Source: Meyerozyma guilliermondii (taxonomy: Eukaryota). Taken from it: a stretch of DNA of 64,000 nucleotides. The stretch lies in the NCBI GenBank assembly GCA_051546255.1, contig CP128820.1, positions 1 through 64,000 of the forward strand, read 5' to 3'. Of the stretch, positions 1 through 10,908 are shown piece after piece. Below the pieces are notes generated by a model that worked only from the letters and a program-made list of their open reading frames with translations, was not told the origin of the DNA and ran no database searches. How positions within the stretch are numbered: position 1 is the stretch's first letter; each line of letters opens with the position of its first letter. The translations under genes and the position numbers were made by a program.

Positions 1-1
1 T

Positions 2-376
2 CACCAGTACACCAGTACACCAGTACACCAGTACACCAGTACACCAGTACACCAGTACACCAGTACACCAGTACACCAGTACACCAGTACACCAGTACAC
101 CAGTACACCAGTACACCAGTACACCAGTACACCAGTACACCAGTACACCAGTACACCAGTACACCAGTACACCAGTACACCAGTACACCAGTACACCAGT
201 ACACCAGTACACCAGTACACCAGTACACCAGTACACCAGTACACCAGTACACCAGTACACCAGTACACCAGTACACCAGTACACCAGTACACCAGTACAC
301 CAGTACACCAGTACACCAGTACACCAGTACACCAGTACACCAGTACACCAGTACACCAGTACACCAGTACACCAGT
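2..376. repeat. Telomeric repeat array, about 47 perfect copies of ACACCAGT (G-strand ACTGGTGT); left chromosome end
   Basis: Uninterrupted 8-bp periodicity from the window start with the C-rich strand on +. The unit matches the repeat described for Candida/Meyerozyma guilliermondii. Confidence 0.97.
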
Positions 377-581
377 ATTTCGCGTAAATGTTTTTATGAA
401 TGCTTCCATGCATATTTCACACCTTCAAGATCAAGACCTTTCCAATGCGTAAATACCCTCCCCACCACCGATGCTCGCTATTGACTTCCCAAATTAATTC
501 AATGGTTGCAAATTGTAGTTTCGTCGATTCTACATGTCTCATAAAACTAAATGTAATAATTCTATTTCATATAAATAAAAC

Positions 582-2141
582 TCAAGCCAAGGAAATCTTG
601 ACTTCAGTTTGATGGCACATGGTTAAATGAGATGCCTTTCTTGGAGGATATTCATCATCAAAACTAGCCACATTGGGGAATAATTGTACCAATCTAGCAA
701 TGACATAGGATGCTTCAGTCAATGCAAATTGTTGTCCCAAGCAGATTCTAGGTCCTCCATTGAAAGGAACAAAAGCCCATCCCAACTTTCTGGTCTCGGG
801 TTCGAACCAACGTTCAGGTCTGAACACTTCAGCATCTTTTCCATAAAATTGTTTATCTCTGTGGAGAGCATAAACTGTGTAAGCCACTGTTTGACCATTT
901 CTAATAAAGATTGGTTCATGACCGCTAGGTCCACCACCCACTGGCAATGTGGTATCCTTTTGAGCAACTCTAAAATTCAAAGGAACCGATGGGTACATTC
1001 TCAAAACTTCGTTTAACAATGCTTTCAAATATTCACATCTCTTTAAAGATTCAAAAGTGATATCTTCAAGACGAACATTATCTCCACTACCGAATTTCTC
1101 ATAGATTTCCTCCTTCAATTTCAGCCAAACTTGAGGGTTTCTTGACAATTCAAAGAAAGTGAATGACAATAATCCAGCTGTGGTGTCTCTTCCTGCCAAC
1201 AAGATATTCAATAATTGGTCTCTCAACACACGGGGATCACGAGTTTGTTTAGCCAATTCGTACAAGAAAATGTAACCATCTTTGGAATTTTTATCCAATT
1301 CTTCAGGGCTAAAACTCAAGGCCCTTTGCACATAATAATCAGCAAACTTGTGAACTTTTGCATTGGATTCTTTGAATTCTTTGTTATTGACAAGAAAGTA
1401 AGCCTTTTGAGCCATAGCACGAATAGACAAGTAGATCAGTGATGTGTTGAAAGCATCAGCAAATTCGTTTTTGCCATCAAAACTCACGGCATCTTTGGCT
1501 ATTCCAATCGATTCATCTTGCAAACTATCGACGGATTCACCAAACAAAAATTCGGTAGCACTATCAACTGTCAAACGAAAGAACAACTTCTGAATATCAA
1601 ATGGCTTACCTTGAGCATTACGAATGTGTCTTGCAAGCAACTGGATATGAGGTTCCAAACTTGTAACGTGGGCAACTTGGTCACGCGCAAACTGAGGACG
1701 CAACATTGCACGAGAATGTTTCCATCCACTTCCATCCAAAGTGAAGATTCCATCTCCCAACAATGGTTTAAGTTGGGCGTGACGTGTTCCCAAGGCAAAA
1801 TCATTGAATTGGGTGGCCAAAAGTGCTTTAATGTTTTCTGGGTTTTTTGTCACCACCAATGAAGAACCGGCAAGTTTGAGGGCAAATGTGTCTCTTCCAA
1901 CCTCCTCATATACGTTTTTCCGGTAATCCACAAGTGTTCCTTCTCTCTTGTGTTTCAACGACTTGATTAAAGTGTGAATTCCATAAAATCCGTCCAGATG
2001 TACAAGAGGACTAACACAGCCCAATTTTTTCATAACTAGTTTTATCCTAATAAAGTCAAAAACATAGTATGCAACGATCACTGCCAAGAGGATTCCATAC
2101 CAGCTGGAAAAAAACTCCTTTAATTGTTCGATTTCAACCAT
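582..2141 (-). CDS. CYP52: Cytochrome P450 of the CYP52 (ALK, alkane/fatty-acid hydroxylase) family
   Basis: N-terminal TM anchor; [14 protein letters not shown] and [14 protein letters not shown]52 signatures; I-helix AGRDTT; ExxR; heme motif [14 protein letters not shown]. Confidence 0.95.
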   Translation of the reverse strand: MVEIEQLKEFFSSWYGILLAVIVAYYVFDFIRIKLVMKKLGCVSPLVHLDGFYGIHTLIKSLKHKREGTLVDYRKNVYEEVGRDTFALKLAGSSLVVTKNPENIKALLATQFNDFALGTRHAQLKPLLGDGIFTLDGSGWKHSRAMLRPQFARDQVAHVTSLEPHIQLLARHIRNAQGKPFDIQKLFFRLTVDSATEFLFGESVDSLQDESIGIAKDAVSFDGKNEFADAFNTSLIYLSIRAMAQKAYFLVNNKEFKESNAKVHKFADYYVQRALSFSPEELDKNSKDGYIFLYELAKQTRDPRVLRDQLLNILLAGRDTTAGLLSFTFFELSRNPQVWLKLKEEIYEKFGSGDNVRLEDITFESLKRCEYLKALLNEVLRMYPSVPLNFRVAQKDTTLPVGGGPSGHEPIFIRNGQTVAYTVYALHRDKQFYGKDAEVFRPERWFEPETRKLGWAFVPFNGGPRICLGQQFALTEASYVIARLVQLFPNVASFDDEYPPRKASHLTMCHQTEVKISLA

Positions 2142-3232
2142 AGTTAAAGATAAAGAAGAATTTAAAATTGGCTGCGAATCGCTGTGGTTAAATACCCAAG
2201 GTGGGGAGGCTGCAATCCTGTATCGGCTGCAATGGACTTCTGATTAGGGAGTTTATCTGCAGTCTAAGTCCGCCGAAACGCATATGAAAAGTCGGGGTAA
2301 CTATGGGTGTCTCGGGTGTTTCATGCATGTTGCGGACATAGCCCCTCGCGGAATTGTTCATTTACCCCACGCTTCCAACGAACGAAATGTTGAGTACAGA
2401 AAATGTGGAGGACACAACGATTAAAAAAACGGTTGAAAGGAAATATTTTTTCTGACTTAACGTTTGAGGTGAGAAAATATGTGTCTTGGGTCAACCCCGC
2501 CTCAAATCATATATAAGCAACATAATATTTTCCGATGGTCAACCGAATGTTGCACGTTGTGCATTTCTAGTAGTAGACACTTTAGTAAAGCTGCATCCAA
2601 AAAATGTTGTGTCTTCACCTCGAGCCATTTTCATTTGCCTACAGTCACCTATCCCAACATTAACTTGAGCGAAAAGCAACTGCAACGGTTGATCTTAACC
2701 ATGGAATTCTGCAGTAAGTTTCAACGTACAAGAATTCCGTATATCGCATCGAGATAAACCGTCTTAAACACAAATGCAGTCTGCAACTTTCGCTTGCTGT
2801 TCCTGCCTGTACAATTATGTGGGATGCGCCCAAGTATTACCAAGGCGCAATGAGTGCATGTAACGCACCTCACCTACAGTATGGGCAACTGTAAATGTGT
2901 TTGTAATGTGTGTGATCGCTGCAGGTTTCCAATTCAAGTGTGATCAAAACGCAAATCGTGCAGTGATTGCAATATTCTCCATGCAGCTATCTCAATTCAC
3001 AAGTGGAGTGCATGCAATTGCACAAGAACCAAATGACTACTTTTCCTCGCAACGAAGCTCAAGCTGACTTCACTCCTTCTTTAATCTCTTCAAATCTTTC
3101 AACCCATTCTGCATCATTACGAGCTGCTTACTGCAACCTGCTTACTGCATTCCGTCATGTTCCATGCAGGACGCGGTTGGTGGCTTAAATCTTTTGCTAT
3201 ATAAATATACAGTTTGCCACAATTCAACAAAC

Positions 3233-3670
3233 ATGACAAAGATTTCAACCTCCATTATAATTGACGCGCCTCCTTCAAAAGTAAAGGAGGTATTCCTTGA
3301 TTTTAAATCGTATCCCTCATGGAATTCGTTTGTGACATCAATAAAAGGTGACTCACAAGAAGTAGGGTCAATCCTTAATGTGGAGATTACGCCTCCAGGT
3401 AAAAGTAAACAACAATTCAAGCCAAAGATTGTCGAGAATTCTGATACCAAATTTGCCTGGGTGGGAAGTCTTGGTTCTGAATACATATTTAAGGGTCATC
3501 ACCAATACGAGTTCATAAGTGTTGAAAATGGAACCAAAACCAAACTTGTTCAAAGTGAAGATTTTTCTGGAATTCTTAGTTCCCCTTTACTTTATTTGGT
3601 TAAGGCCAGCACACTTAAGGGTTTCGAGAATCTGAATGAAGATTTGAAGAAGAAGGTTGAGAGTTCGTGA
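3233..3670 (+). CDS. SRPBCC/START-fold (polyketide cyclase/dehydrase-like) ligand-binding protein
   Basis: ISTSIIIDAPPSKV...DFKSYPSWN...FAWVG...GHHQYEF...TKLVQSEDFSG pattern; TATATAAA about 30 bp upstream of the ATG at 3233. Confidence 0.8.
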   Translation: MTKISTSIIIDAPPSKVKEVFLDFKSYPSWNSFVTSIKGDSQEVGSILNVEITPPGKSKQQFKPKIVENSDTKFAWVGSLGSEYIFKGHHQYEFISVENGTKTKLVQSEDFSGILSSPLLYLVKASTLKGFENLNEDLKKKVESS

Positions 3671-3851
3671 TAAATTTGGGATATAATGTTTTGTGAATGA
3701 TTAAAGATTAATGTAATAAAGGTTGTAAATTGGTGATGAGAGATGTAAATATGTATCAAGTATGTAATTGTGTATCATGTATGCAAATATGTATCACGTA
3801 TGCACTCATGTATCATGTATGCAATTATGCGTCAATTACGCAATGCACCAT

Positions 3852-3999
3852 GTATGAAATTCATGATTAGCGTATGTACATCTCTACACACTGCATTAAA
3901 CAATCCAAAACATCCAAAACTTTTTATTAATTTGAGTATATTAGAAACTTTTCAAGTCTCAATTCTCAAATTTTGCAAAAGTTGCAAAATTCTACATTT
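3852..3999 (+). repeat. Direct repeat copy A (~140 bp), paired with 11770-11904
   Basis: Shares gtatg(a/c)aattcatgattagcgtatg(t/c)acatctc...ccaaaaca...tcaattctcaaa...caaaagttgcaaaattct with copy B. Confidence 0.85.
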
Positions 4000-4303
4000 A
4001 CACAAATGGTTGTGTTCAGCAATCTTGATTCGGGAAATGGATGAAAAGAGAGGAATTAGAAACGGAAAGAAAAGTAAACAGAAAGTATTACGAAAATAAT
4101 AGACAAGAGAAAATGAAGGAAACAGAAAGAATAAGGATCTAATTGAGTATAGAGATTGCAAAAGTAAGCTGAACGCTGCGATAGCAATTGTCAGGTGCTT
4201 TACTATCAAATCCACGATTTTTCACCACTCGAAATTTGGCACAATTTTTGTCGTATACATTTACTTCGAGCCTGAGCTTCACAGGGTACAATTTCAATCA
4301 CAA

Positions 4304-4654
4304 ATGATGGAGCAAATGACTGAAGAAACTGAGTGGGAAGATTGGACTGAAGAAACTATGCCCGAAAATCTGAGAAACGATATTGGGGTGAGAGCGTTAT
4401 TCTTGACTTTTTTCCTGTCAGGTTCCGGCTGGTTTCTTCCCAGGCCACAGGGGGACAATGGTGAGATTCCGGGTTATCTCTGGTTGTATTCTGCAGCTTT
4501 TCATGTGATCAGTATTGCAATATGGATAGAAATCTTAGTCACTTCCATTCAAAAAAAGGAGTCAAAGAGAACGATTGAAACACATTTGATTATACTTGGT
4601 GTAAGCTTTCTTTCATCATTTGCGTTTTTCCTTTACTTTCACGGAGAAAGCTAA
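4304..4654 (+). CDS. Orphan small 3-TM membrane protein, family copy 1
   Basis: Acidic MTEET N-terminus, three hydrophobic segments and IPGYLW motif; DNA and flank homology to four other copies. Confidence 0.7.
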   Translation: MMEQMTEETEWEDWTEETMPENLRNDIGVRALFLTFFLSGSGWFLPRPQGDNGEIPGYLWLYSAAFHVISIAIWIEILVTSIQKKESKRTIETHLIILGVSFLSSFAFFLYFHGES

Positions 4655-5018
4655 TACAACCAAGATTGTTCGTTTTACAGCAAGGAAAATTGAATATGTT
4701 TTTAGTAATTGTATATTACTGTAATTCCTCTACCCGTATTTGAGTCGTAAAAGAAAACCATGCGGCTCGCTGGGATACGAGGTTGCACGAGAAAAAGGAA
4801 ACTAGAAGTATGAGGAAAATTAAGAAGAATGACGGAAACGGAAAGAATAATGAAACGGAAAGTATGAGGATCGAATTGAGTATACATATTGCAGAAGGCT
4901 GGAGCTGCAATCCCTTAAAATTATTTGACCTGCGGAAGCTTCGACTTTATTTCACGTTGGTTGTAACGTTTACTTAAAACCTGAGACTTTATCACAGTTT
5001 ACCTTAATTTCAATCACA

Positions 5019-5351
5019 ATGGTGGAACAAATGACTGAAGAAACTGTGGGGGAAAATTTGACCGAAAATCCGAAATTTGATATTTGGGGGAGAGCGTTTT
5101 CTTTGACTTTTTTCCTGTTAGTTTGCGGCTGGTTTCTTCCCATTCCGGCATCAGTGGAAAATGAGGTTCCGGGTTATATCTGGTTCTTTTCTGCTGCCTT
5201 TCAGGTGATCGGTACTGCAATATGGATAGCCTTTGTCACTTCCTTTGAAGATAACGAGTCAGAGAGAACGAAAGAACATAACTCCATTGTACTTGTTATG
5301 TGCTTTCTTTCATTATTTGCGTTTTTCATTTGGTTCTGCGTAGCAAAATAA
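5019..5351 (+). CDS. Orphan small 3-TM membrane protein, family copy 2
   Basis: MVEQMTEETVGENL...LTFFLL..GWFLP...VPGYIWFFSAAFQVIG; paralogous to 4304-4654. Confidence 0.7.
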   Translation: MVEQMTEETVGENLTENPKFDIWGRAFSLTFFLLVCGWFLPIPASVENEVPGYIWFFSAAFQVIGTAIWIAFVTSFEDNESERTKEHNSIVLVMCFLSLFAFFIWFCVAK

Positions 5352-5844
5352 CAACTACAAGATTGCTTTACATTATTTATTCAGCAAGGAAAATTGAATA
5401 TGTTCTTTAGTAATTGTATTTTAGACTGTCTAAAACAAATGGAAGATCAAATCTGCGACCTGGGTTCCTCATGCATGATGTGCTTGATGTAGGGCATAAA
5501 TGGGTCAAGTGACCCATTTTGAAATAGAAGATCAAAGATTAAACAGCCAGCTTTGCTCTCGTCTTTGAGTCGTAAAAAACCGTGCGGCTCGCTGGGAGAA
5601 AAAGGAAACAAGAAGTGAGGAAAATTGAGAAGAATGATGGAAACGGAAAGAATAATGAAACTGAAAGTATAGGATAGAATTGAGTATAAATATTGCAGAA
5701 GTAAGCTGGAAGCTGCGATACACTGCGATAGTAATTTTAGGGTGCATTTGACCTGCGAAGCTTCGACTTTATTTCACAGCTCTTGGTTGTAACGTATACT
5801 TAAAACCTGAGCTTCACAGTTTACGTTTGATAATTTCAATCACA

Positions 5845-6206
5845 ATGGTGGAACAAATGACTCAAGAAACTACGTCCAAAAATCTGAAAAAGTGTATTAG
5901 GCTCTCGCAGGAGACAGCCGTAGGGTTGACTCTTTTCCTGTTAGTGATAGGCTTTTGTCTTCCCATCATCTATAAAGATCCGGTGAAAGATCACGATGGA
6001 AAGATCCGGGTTATATCTGGTTCTGTTATGCAGCTTTTAATGTGTTCGGTACTGTAATATGGTTAGAACCTGTATACCATTCCTTTGAACCTATGGAGTC
6101 AAGGAGAAGGCCAAGTGAAGAAGAACGATTGAGGAACTTTATTATGCTTGGTCTCTGCCTTGCATCATATTTAATCATGTTCTTTGTGTTCCGTTCACGA
6201 ACGTAA
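5845..6206 (+). pseudogene. Orphan 3-TM family copy 3, frameshifted by a 1-bp deletion near 6003-6006
   Basis: MVEQMTQET start; aagatccgggttat versus gagattccgggttat in copy 1. The PGYIWFCYAAFNVFGTVIW...TAA(6204-6206) segment continues in the shifted frame. Confidence 0.7.
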
Positions 6207-6702
6207 TACAACTACAAAGGTTCTTTACATTTTTTAGGACGTTTTCAATAGAATCCGCAACCAATTTCAACTAGTATATTTTCGGGGACATATATAATTT
6301 TCGCACGGACGCTACGGACGGAGGCATATAGGTTAAGGGCATATATTTTTTGTGGTCTGCCAGAATTTTATTGGGTTGCAAGTACACATACACTTATACA
6401 AGTACACATGCACATTAACAACACCCATTCGCTGTAATTGAGTACATTGACCAAAATTATTTTTCGCAACCATTTTGTTTCGTACAAATCTACCCTAAAG
6501 TTTCCTTCAAAAAACATATTCTTGAATCTTGCTTTTATCCTTTGCTTACACTATCTTACCTATAGGAATTATAAAATTGCAGTAGACTGGACGCTGCAAT
6601 AGTAATTTTAAGGTGCTTTGACTTGCTACAATTTCTTTCACGGCTCTGGATATTCTTTTACTTAAACCTGAGCTTCGCAGTTTACCTTTGAGTATTTCGT
6701 TC

Positions 6703-7077
6703 ATGGTGAGACAATTGACTGAAGAAACTGTGGGGACTGAACAAACTATGGCCGAAAATCTGAAAACCGAAAATCTGAAAAAGCAAGTTAGTCTCCACGA
6801 GAATACCGTGTGTCTTTTGACTTTATGCCTGTTACTTTGGGGCTGTTCACTGCCCGGCGCCGTGGCATTTAAGAAAAATGTTGATAAAGAGATCGCGAGT
6901 TATGTCTGGATATCTTCTGCATTATTTCTTGTGTTCGGTACTGGAATATGGATAGACATTTTAATCGGTTCCATTAAGTATAAGAAGCCAAAAGGGCTGA
7001 TCCATGCCAGCATATTTATGGTTTGTTTGTATTTTGCAGCATGTTTATCGGTTTTCATTTGGTTCTGTTTATCATAA
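6703..7077 (+). CDS. Orphan small 3-TM membrane protein, family copy 4
   Basis: MVRQLTEETVG...IASYVWISSALFLVFGTGIW; same conserved 5' and 3' flanks as the other copies. Confidence 0.7.
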   Translation: MVRQLTEETVGTEQTMAENLKTENLKKQVSLHENTVCLLTLCLLLWGCSLPGAVAFKKNVDKEIASYVWISSALFLVFGTGIWIDILIGSIKYKKPKGLIHASIFMVCLYFAACLSVFIWFCLS

Positions 7078-7189
7078 TACAACTACAAATTGTTCATGTA
7101 AATTACTTATATTGTTGGTCAGTGAAATTGAATTTTCTTTAGTTTTTAATTATGTAGAGGACCACTACGCTTATAATTGACTTTTATGA

Positions 7190-7793
7190 ATTAACCAGAT
7201 TACCCTAGCTCGCTCTAATTTCTTTAACAGCTTGCAAGTACCAGTAGCTTCTAGGAGCCGGCCAATGGGAGTCATAATGAACCCCAGGAAGATGGTCATA
7301 ATCTCTAGGTCTGTAGGTATCTCCCCAAGCCTCGTCATCGTAAAACTTTCCGTTTTGGTATCGTCTTTCGATGAAATAGTCCAAAAGTTTTTTGTATCTT
7401 GGCTCGGGAACAATTTTAGTGAGCTAATTCAATTTCTTGGTATACCCTTCTACTTTTCCATTTTCGTCACCGAAAGTCTCACAAAAGAGGTCCACCTGCA
7501 AGGCATTCAATTATTACATTGGAACCAGTAGCTTTAGTATGCCACTGCCGCCTCAATTAAACGGACAGTAGAGTTCATGTTCCTCAGCAACGTTTTTTTC
7601 TCTCGGTTGGCTTGACTTAGTAAGAGTTGAGATAGCCAACGGCTGCTGTAATCTCATTTCCTCGGTATACTTTGCAAAGCAAACTTCTTCCATAAACTGG
7701 CAATATCCGAGTCCAGAAAATACGGGGCTCATTTCCAATTGAAGTCAAAAAGTCCAAGCGTCCTGTTTCATGAAATAGTTTGTACATGGACAT
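7190..7793 (-). pseudogene. Degraded, 3'-truncated glycoside hydrolase family 127 (beta-L-arabinofuranosidase/DUF1680-like) pseudogene
   Basis: Across several frameshifts the minus strand gives, in order, ETGRLD, IFW-DSDIA-FMEEVC, GYLNSY, HELYC, LIEAAVAY-KATGS, VDLFCETFG, QEIELA-LKL, LLDYFIERR, FYDDEA and WPAPRSYWYLQA. These are the N-terminal GH127 motifs. Confidence 0.8.
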
Positions 7794-8083
7794 TTTAATT
7801 CTTTCACTCCAAAGTGATCTTTAATCAACCCGTAATTTTGGCGAAGTTTAAGAGATTTGAGGGGTATGCCATTACATTGTCCCCCCTGTTCTTCAACACT
7901 TCTCCATCGGGTTCATATCTCGCAATCCTTTGCAACCGATTTCGCATTGGGACTCACATATGCATGATCGTGTTGGGGTGCAGATCCGCTCCGAGAATGT
8001 GGGGTACGTCGCACTGATGCGGCTGCAAACTCCACAATGCTATATATATAAATGGACACTTTTCTGATGTTTTCTCCAATACA

Positions 8084-9721
8084 ATGCTTTCAATGGATGA
8101 AAAGATCAAGGTGAACCACGTAGAAGTGGTAGAAGACACTAACTCTCAAGTTTCTTTCACCACCAAGGAAAATACGTTATTGCAAGATGCTAGGATAGCT
8201 ACCGAAGAAGAGCATGCTTTACTGGCAAAACAAGCTCTTAAAGACTACAAACCTGCCATTTTTTGGTCCCTAGTTATGAGTGGAACGATTTTGATGGAAG
8301 CTTATGACAATATTCTTATTCTGTCTCTCTTCGCTTATCCATCTTTCCAAAAAAGGTACGGGAAAGAGATCTCTCCCGGGAAGTATGAGATCACTGGACC
8401 CTAGCAGAGTGCTTTGGGATGTGGAGATAGTATTGGAACAATCATTGCATTGGCATTCAATGGAGTTTTGGTTGAAAAATATGGACACAGAAAAATCATC
8501 ATTGTGAACTTGTTCTTCATGGCTGCGTTCATTTTCGTCACTGTATTTGCCAGAAATGTCGAGATGCTTTTTGTTGGTCAAATTCTCAATGGCTTTCCCT
8601 GGGGGTTCTTTTGCGTCATTGGGTTGATTTATGCTTCCGAAGTTGCCCCATTGCCTCTTCGTGGTTTCTTATCGGCGTACGTTATGATGTGCTGGGCTAC
8701 TGGTGAAATCATTGCTGCGGCGGTGTTGAAAGCTATGCTTAACAACACTACTCAATGGGCTTATAGGTTGCTTTTTGCTATACAATGGGTCTGGATACCT
8801 CCCAATTTTATTTTGACTTTACTTTGTCCTGATTCACCCTACTGGCTCATTCGTAAAGGAAGGGTAGAAGATGCAGAAAAGTCATTGAAGAGACTTTCAT
8901 CGAAGGCTGTTCACCCAAACATTAAGCGGAAGTTGCAACTTTTAATCGATACCAATGAATTGGAATTGAAACAAGCGTCTGAGTTCGATGATCGCTTCAA
9001 AGGTTGGAAATCATATGTCGAGTGTTTCAAAGGTCCCAATAGAAAGAGAACAGAAATTGCTTGTATGTCCCTTGCAGGGCAAGTTTTGGGAGGTAACAAC
9101 TTTGCTTACTCTCCTTCATACTTCTTCTCCCAGGTGGGATTGAATAGCACACAAACGTACAACTTGAATTTAGGTATCACTGGACTTGCGTGGGTTGGTA
9201 ATTTCGTTTCGTGGTTCGTTATTGCAAAAGTTGGCAGACGAAAGATCTACATTACTGGTATTTCCTTTATGACTATCTTTCTATTACTAATTGGAATCTT
9301 ACAGACTCCAGCAGACAAAAACCCACTGGTAGCATGGGCACAAGTTGGTTGCATCTTTGGATGGGTTGTATCATTTGTCTTGACTCTTGCACCCTTAGCG
9401 TACACCATTTTGGGCGAGGTCTCTAGTACCAGGTTAAGATCCCAATCGATTGCAATTGGAAGAAATGCCTACACTCTCTGTCAGTTGACGGCTCAGGTGG
9501 TACAGCCATATTTCATGAATCCTGGTAATTTGGGATTGAAAGGAAGGACAGGTTTCATATGGTTCGGAACCAGCTTTCTTACTCTCATATGGGCAATTTT
9601 CCGTCTACCAGAAACCAAAGACCGCACCTACGAGGAATTGGATATCCTTTTTGAGAGAAAAGTTCCACTTACCAAGTTTGCTAGTTACAAACTTGATATT
9701 AATGATGAAATGAAATGTTGA
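8084..9721 (+). pseudogene. Sugar porter (MAL/AGT1-type alpha-glucoside permease family) interrupted by an in-frame TAG at 8402-8404
   Basis: ORFs 8084-8404 and 8414-9721 are in the same frame. GP*QSALG corresponds to the conserved WQ motif. YASEVAP, PDSPYWL, EVSSTRLR and LPETKDRTYEELDILF signatures are present. Confidence 0.85.
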
Positions 9722-10637
9722 TTTTAATCCGATTCGGTATTGCCTGATTTGCGTATTAGTAATAACTACATGAGAGCTCGTACGAAATATATTTCCCCAC
9801 ATTCTCACCGAAAAAAATCTCGTTCCGGAATCTCAAAAGACAAGTCCAAAAAATGGGGAACAAACAATAGCTGGAAATGCCTAAATCTGAAATTAAAAGC
9901 ATACAAAACACTATAAGGGCTAGATACTCAAAGCCTGTTGCTTTGTACTTAACTTGATCACGAATGAGAGAAATGACCACACCACCAATGGAAGAAATGA
10001 CTATAATAAATCCGCCGAAACTCTGGCCGAAACTCTGGAAAGCTGGAGCGTAGGTGGATATAACGGTAATGTTGGCTTCTGTAGCCTTCAAGGTTGCAGA
10101 TGGTATTCCCAATCTCTTGAAAATTCGGACTCTGTCTGGTCCGGAGCGCAGTCGCTTATGAAGGATGTACAGTAAATTGTTGTGGGGTGATTGCGGGGAG
10201 CGAGTAGGAAAGATTCCTCAACTCTTATTATTTTGGTATGTGCATTGTGACACGTGGTTTGGCAATGATCCTCCAACCACAGAACCAAACTTTATTTGTC
10301 CCTTTATTGCAATTGGCAATTGTTAGCTGCGTGTCATGAATAATGCTAGTTCTGACTATCGATAATTGCTGGTTTTCATCTTTAGAGAACAATTTCTTGA
10401 CATGATGAAATCAAACTTGTCAAGTCATTGTACTCGATTGGCCCTTTACGGATTCTAGTCTAGAAGCTTGTGAATGCAACTAAGCGATTAGAACTAGATC
10501 CTGGTAGACTAGAACCCACGGGCATTTAAATGTACTTGTATTGAGCAGATGGCTGAGCAATAAATGTGTTTGTGCAAATTGGAACTTGTATTGATAAAGA
10601 GAAAGCTGCTTCGCGAATTTGCAGCCATTTTATATCG

Positions 10638-10664
10638 CTGGTGTACGGGTGTACGGCTGTACTG
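10638..10664 (+). repeat. Degenerate interstitial telomere-like repeats (G-strand on +)
   Basis: ctggtgtac-gggtgtac-ggctgtac-tg versus telomeric ctggtgtac-tggtgtac-tggtgtac-tg. Confidence 0.5.
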
Positions 10665-10908
10665 ATAAGACAAGAAAAAATTACAGAAAGTATGAGGAAG
10701 TAATGGAATGAGAATGAAGAATACGGAAAGTATAAGAAAGTGTGTAGAGAAGATAAACGTAGGTTGGACGCTGAATAGTAATTTTAAGGTGCTTTGACCT
10801 GCGGAAGCTACAACTTCTTTTCACGACTCTAGGTTTAGCAGAAGTTTGTCGAATACGTTTACTTATAGACTGGGCTTCGCAGCGCACCTTTGATAATTCC
10901 GATCACAA

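Noticed and set aside
1..372. 123-aa ORF (YWCTGVLV)n
   Set aside because: Translation artefact of the 8-bp telomere repeat.
3745..3850. Short imperfect tgtatcatgtatgc repeats and ORF 3770-4099
   Set aside because: Low-complexity, terminator-like sequence; no spacer structure (not CRISPR) and no credible protein.
5498..5519. 10-bp palindrome aaatgggtca-ag-tgacccattt as a transposon end
   Set aside because: No matching second end, target-site duplication or transposase was seen.
3952..5747. Hydrophobic minus-strand ORFs upstream of the family copies (3952-4215, 4716-4910, 5532-5747) as a divergent partner gene family
   Set aside because: Frames and starts are not conserved between units; the hydrophobicity follows from the purine-rich plus strand.
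9756..10175. ORFs 9756-10112 (-) and 9954-10175 (+) as a gene or transposase relic
   Set aside because: Non-ATG starts and no motif I can support; a decayed gene cannot be excluded without a search.
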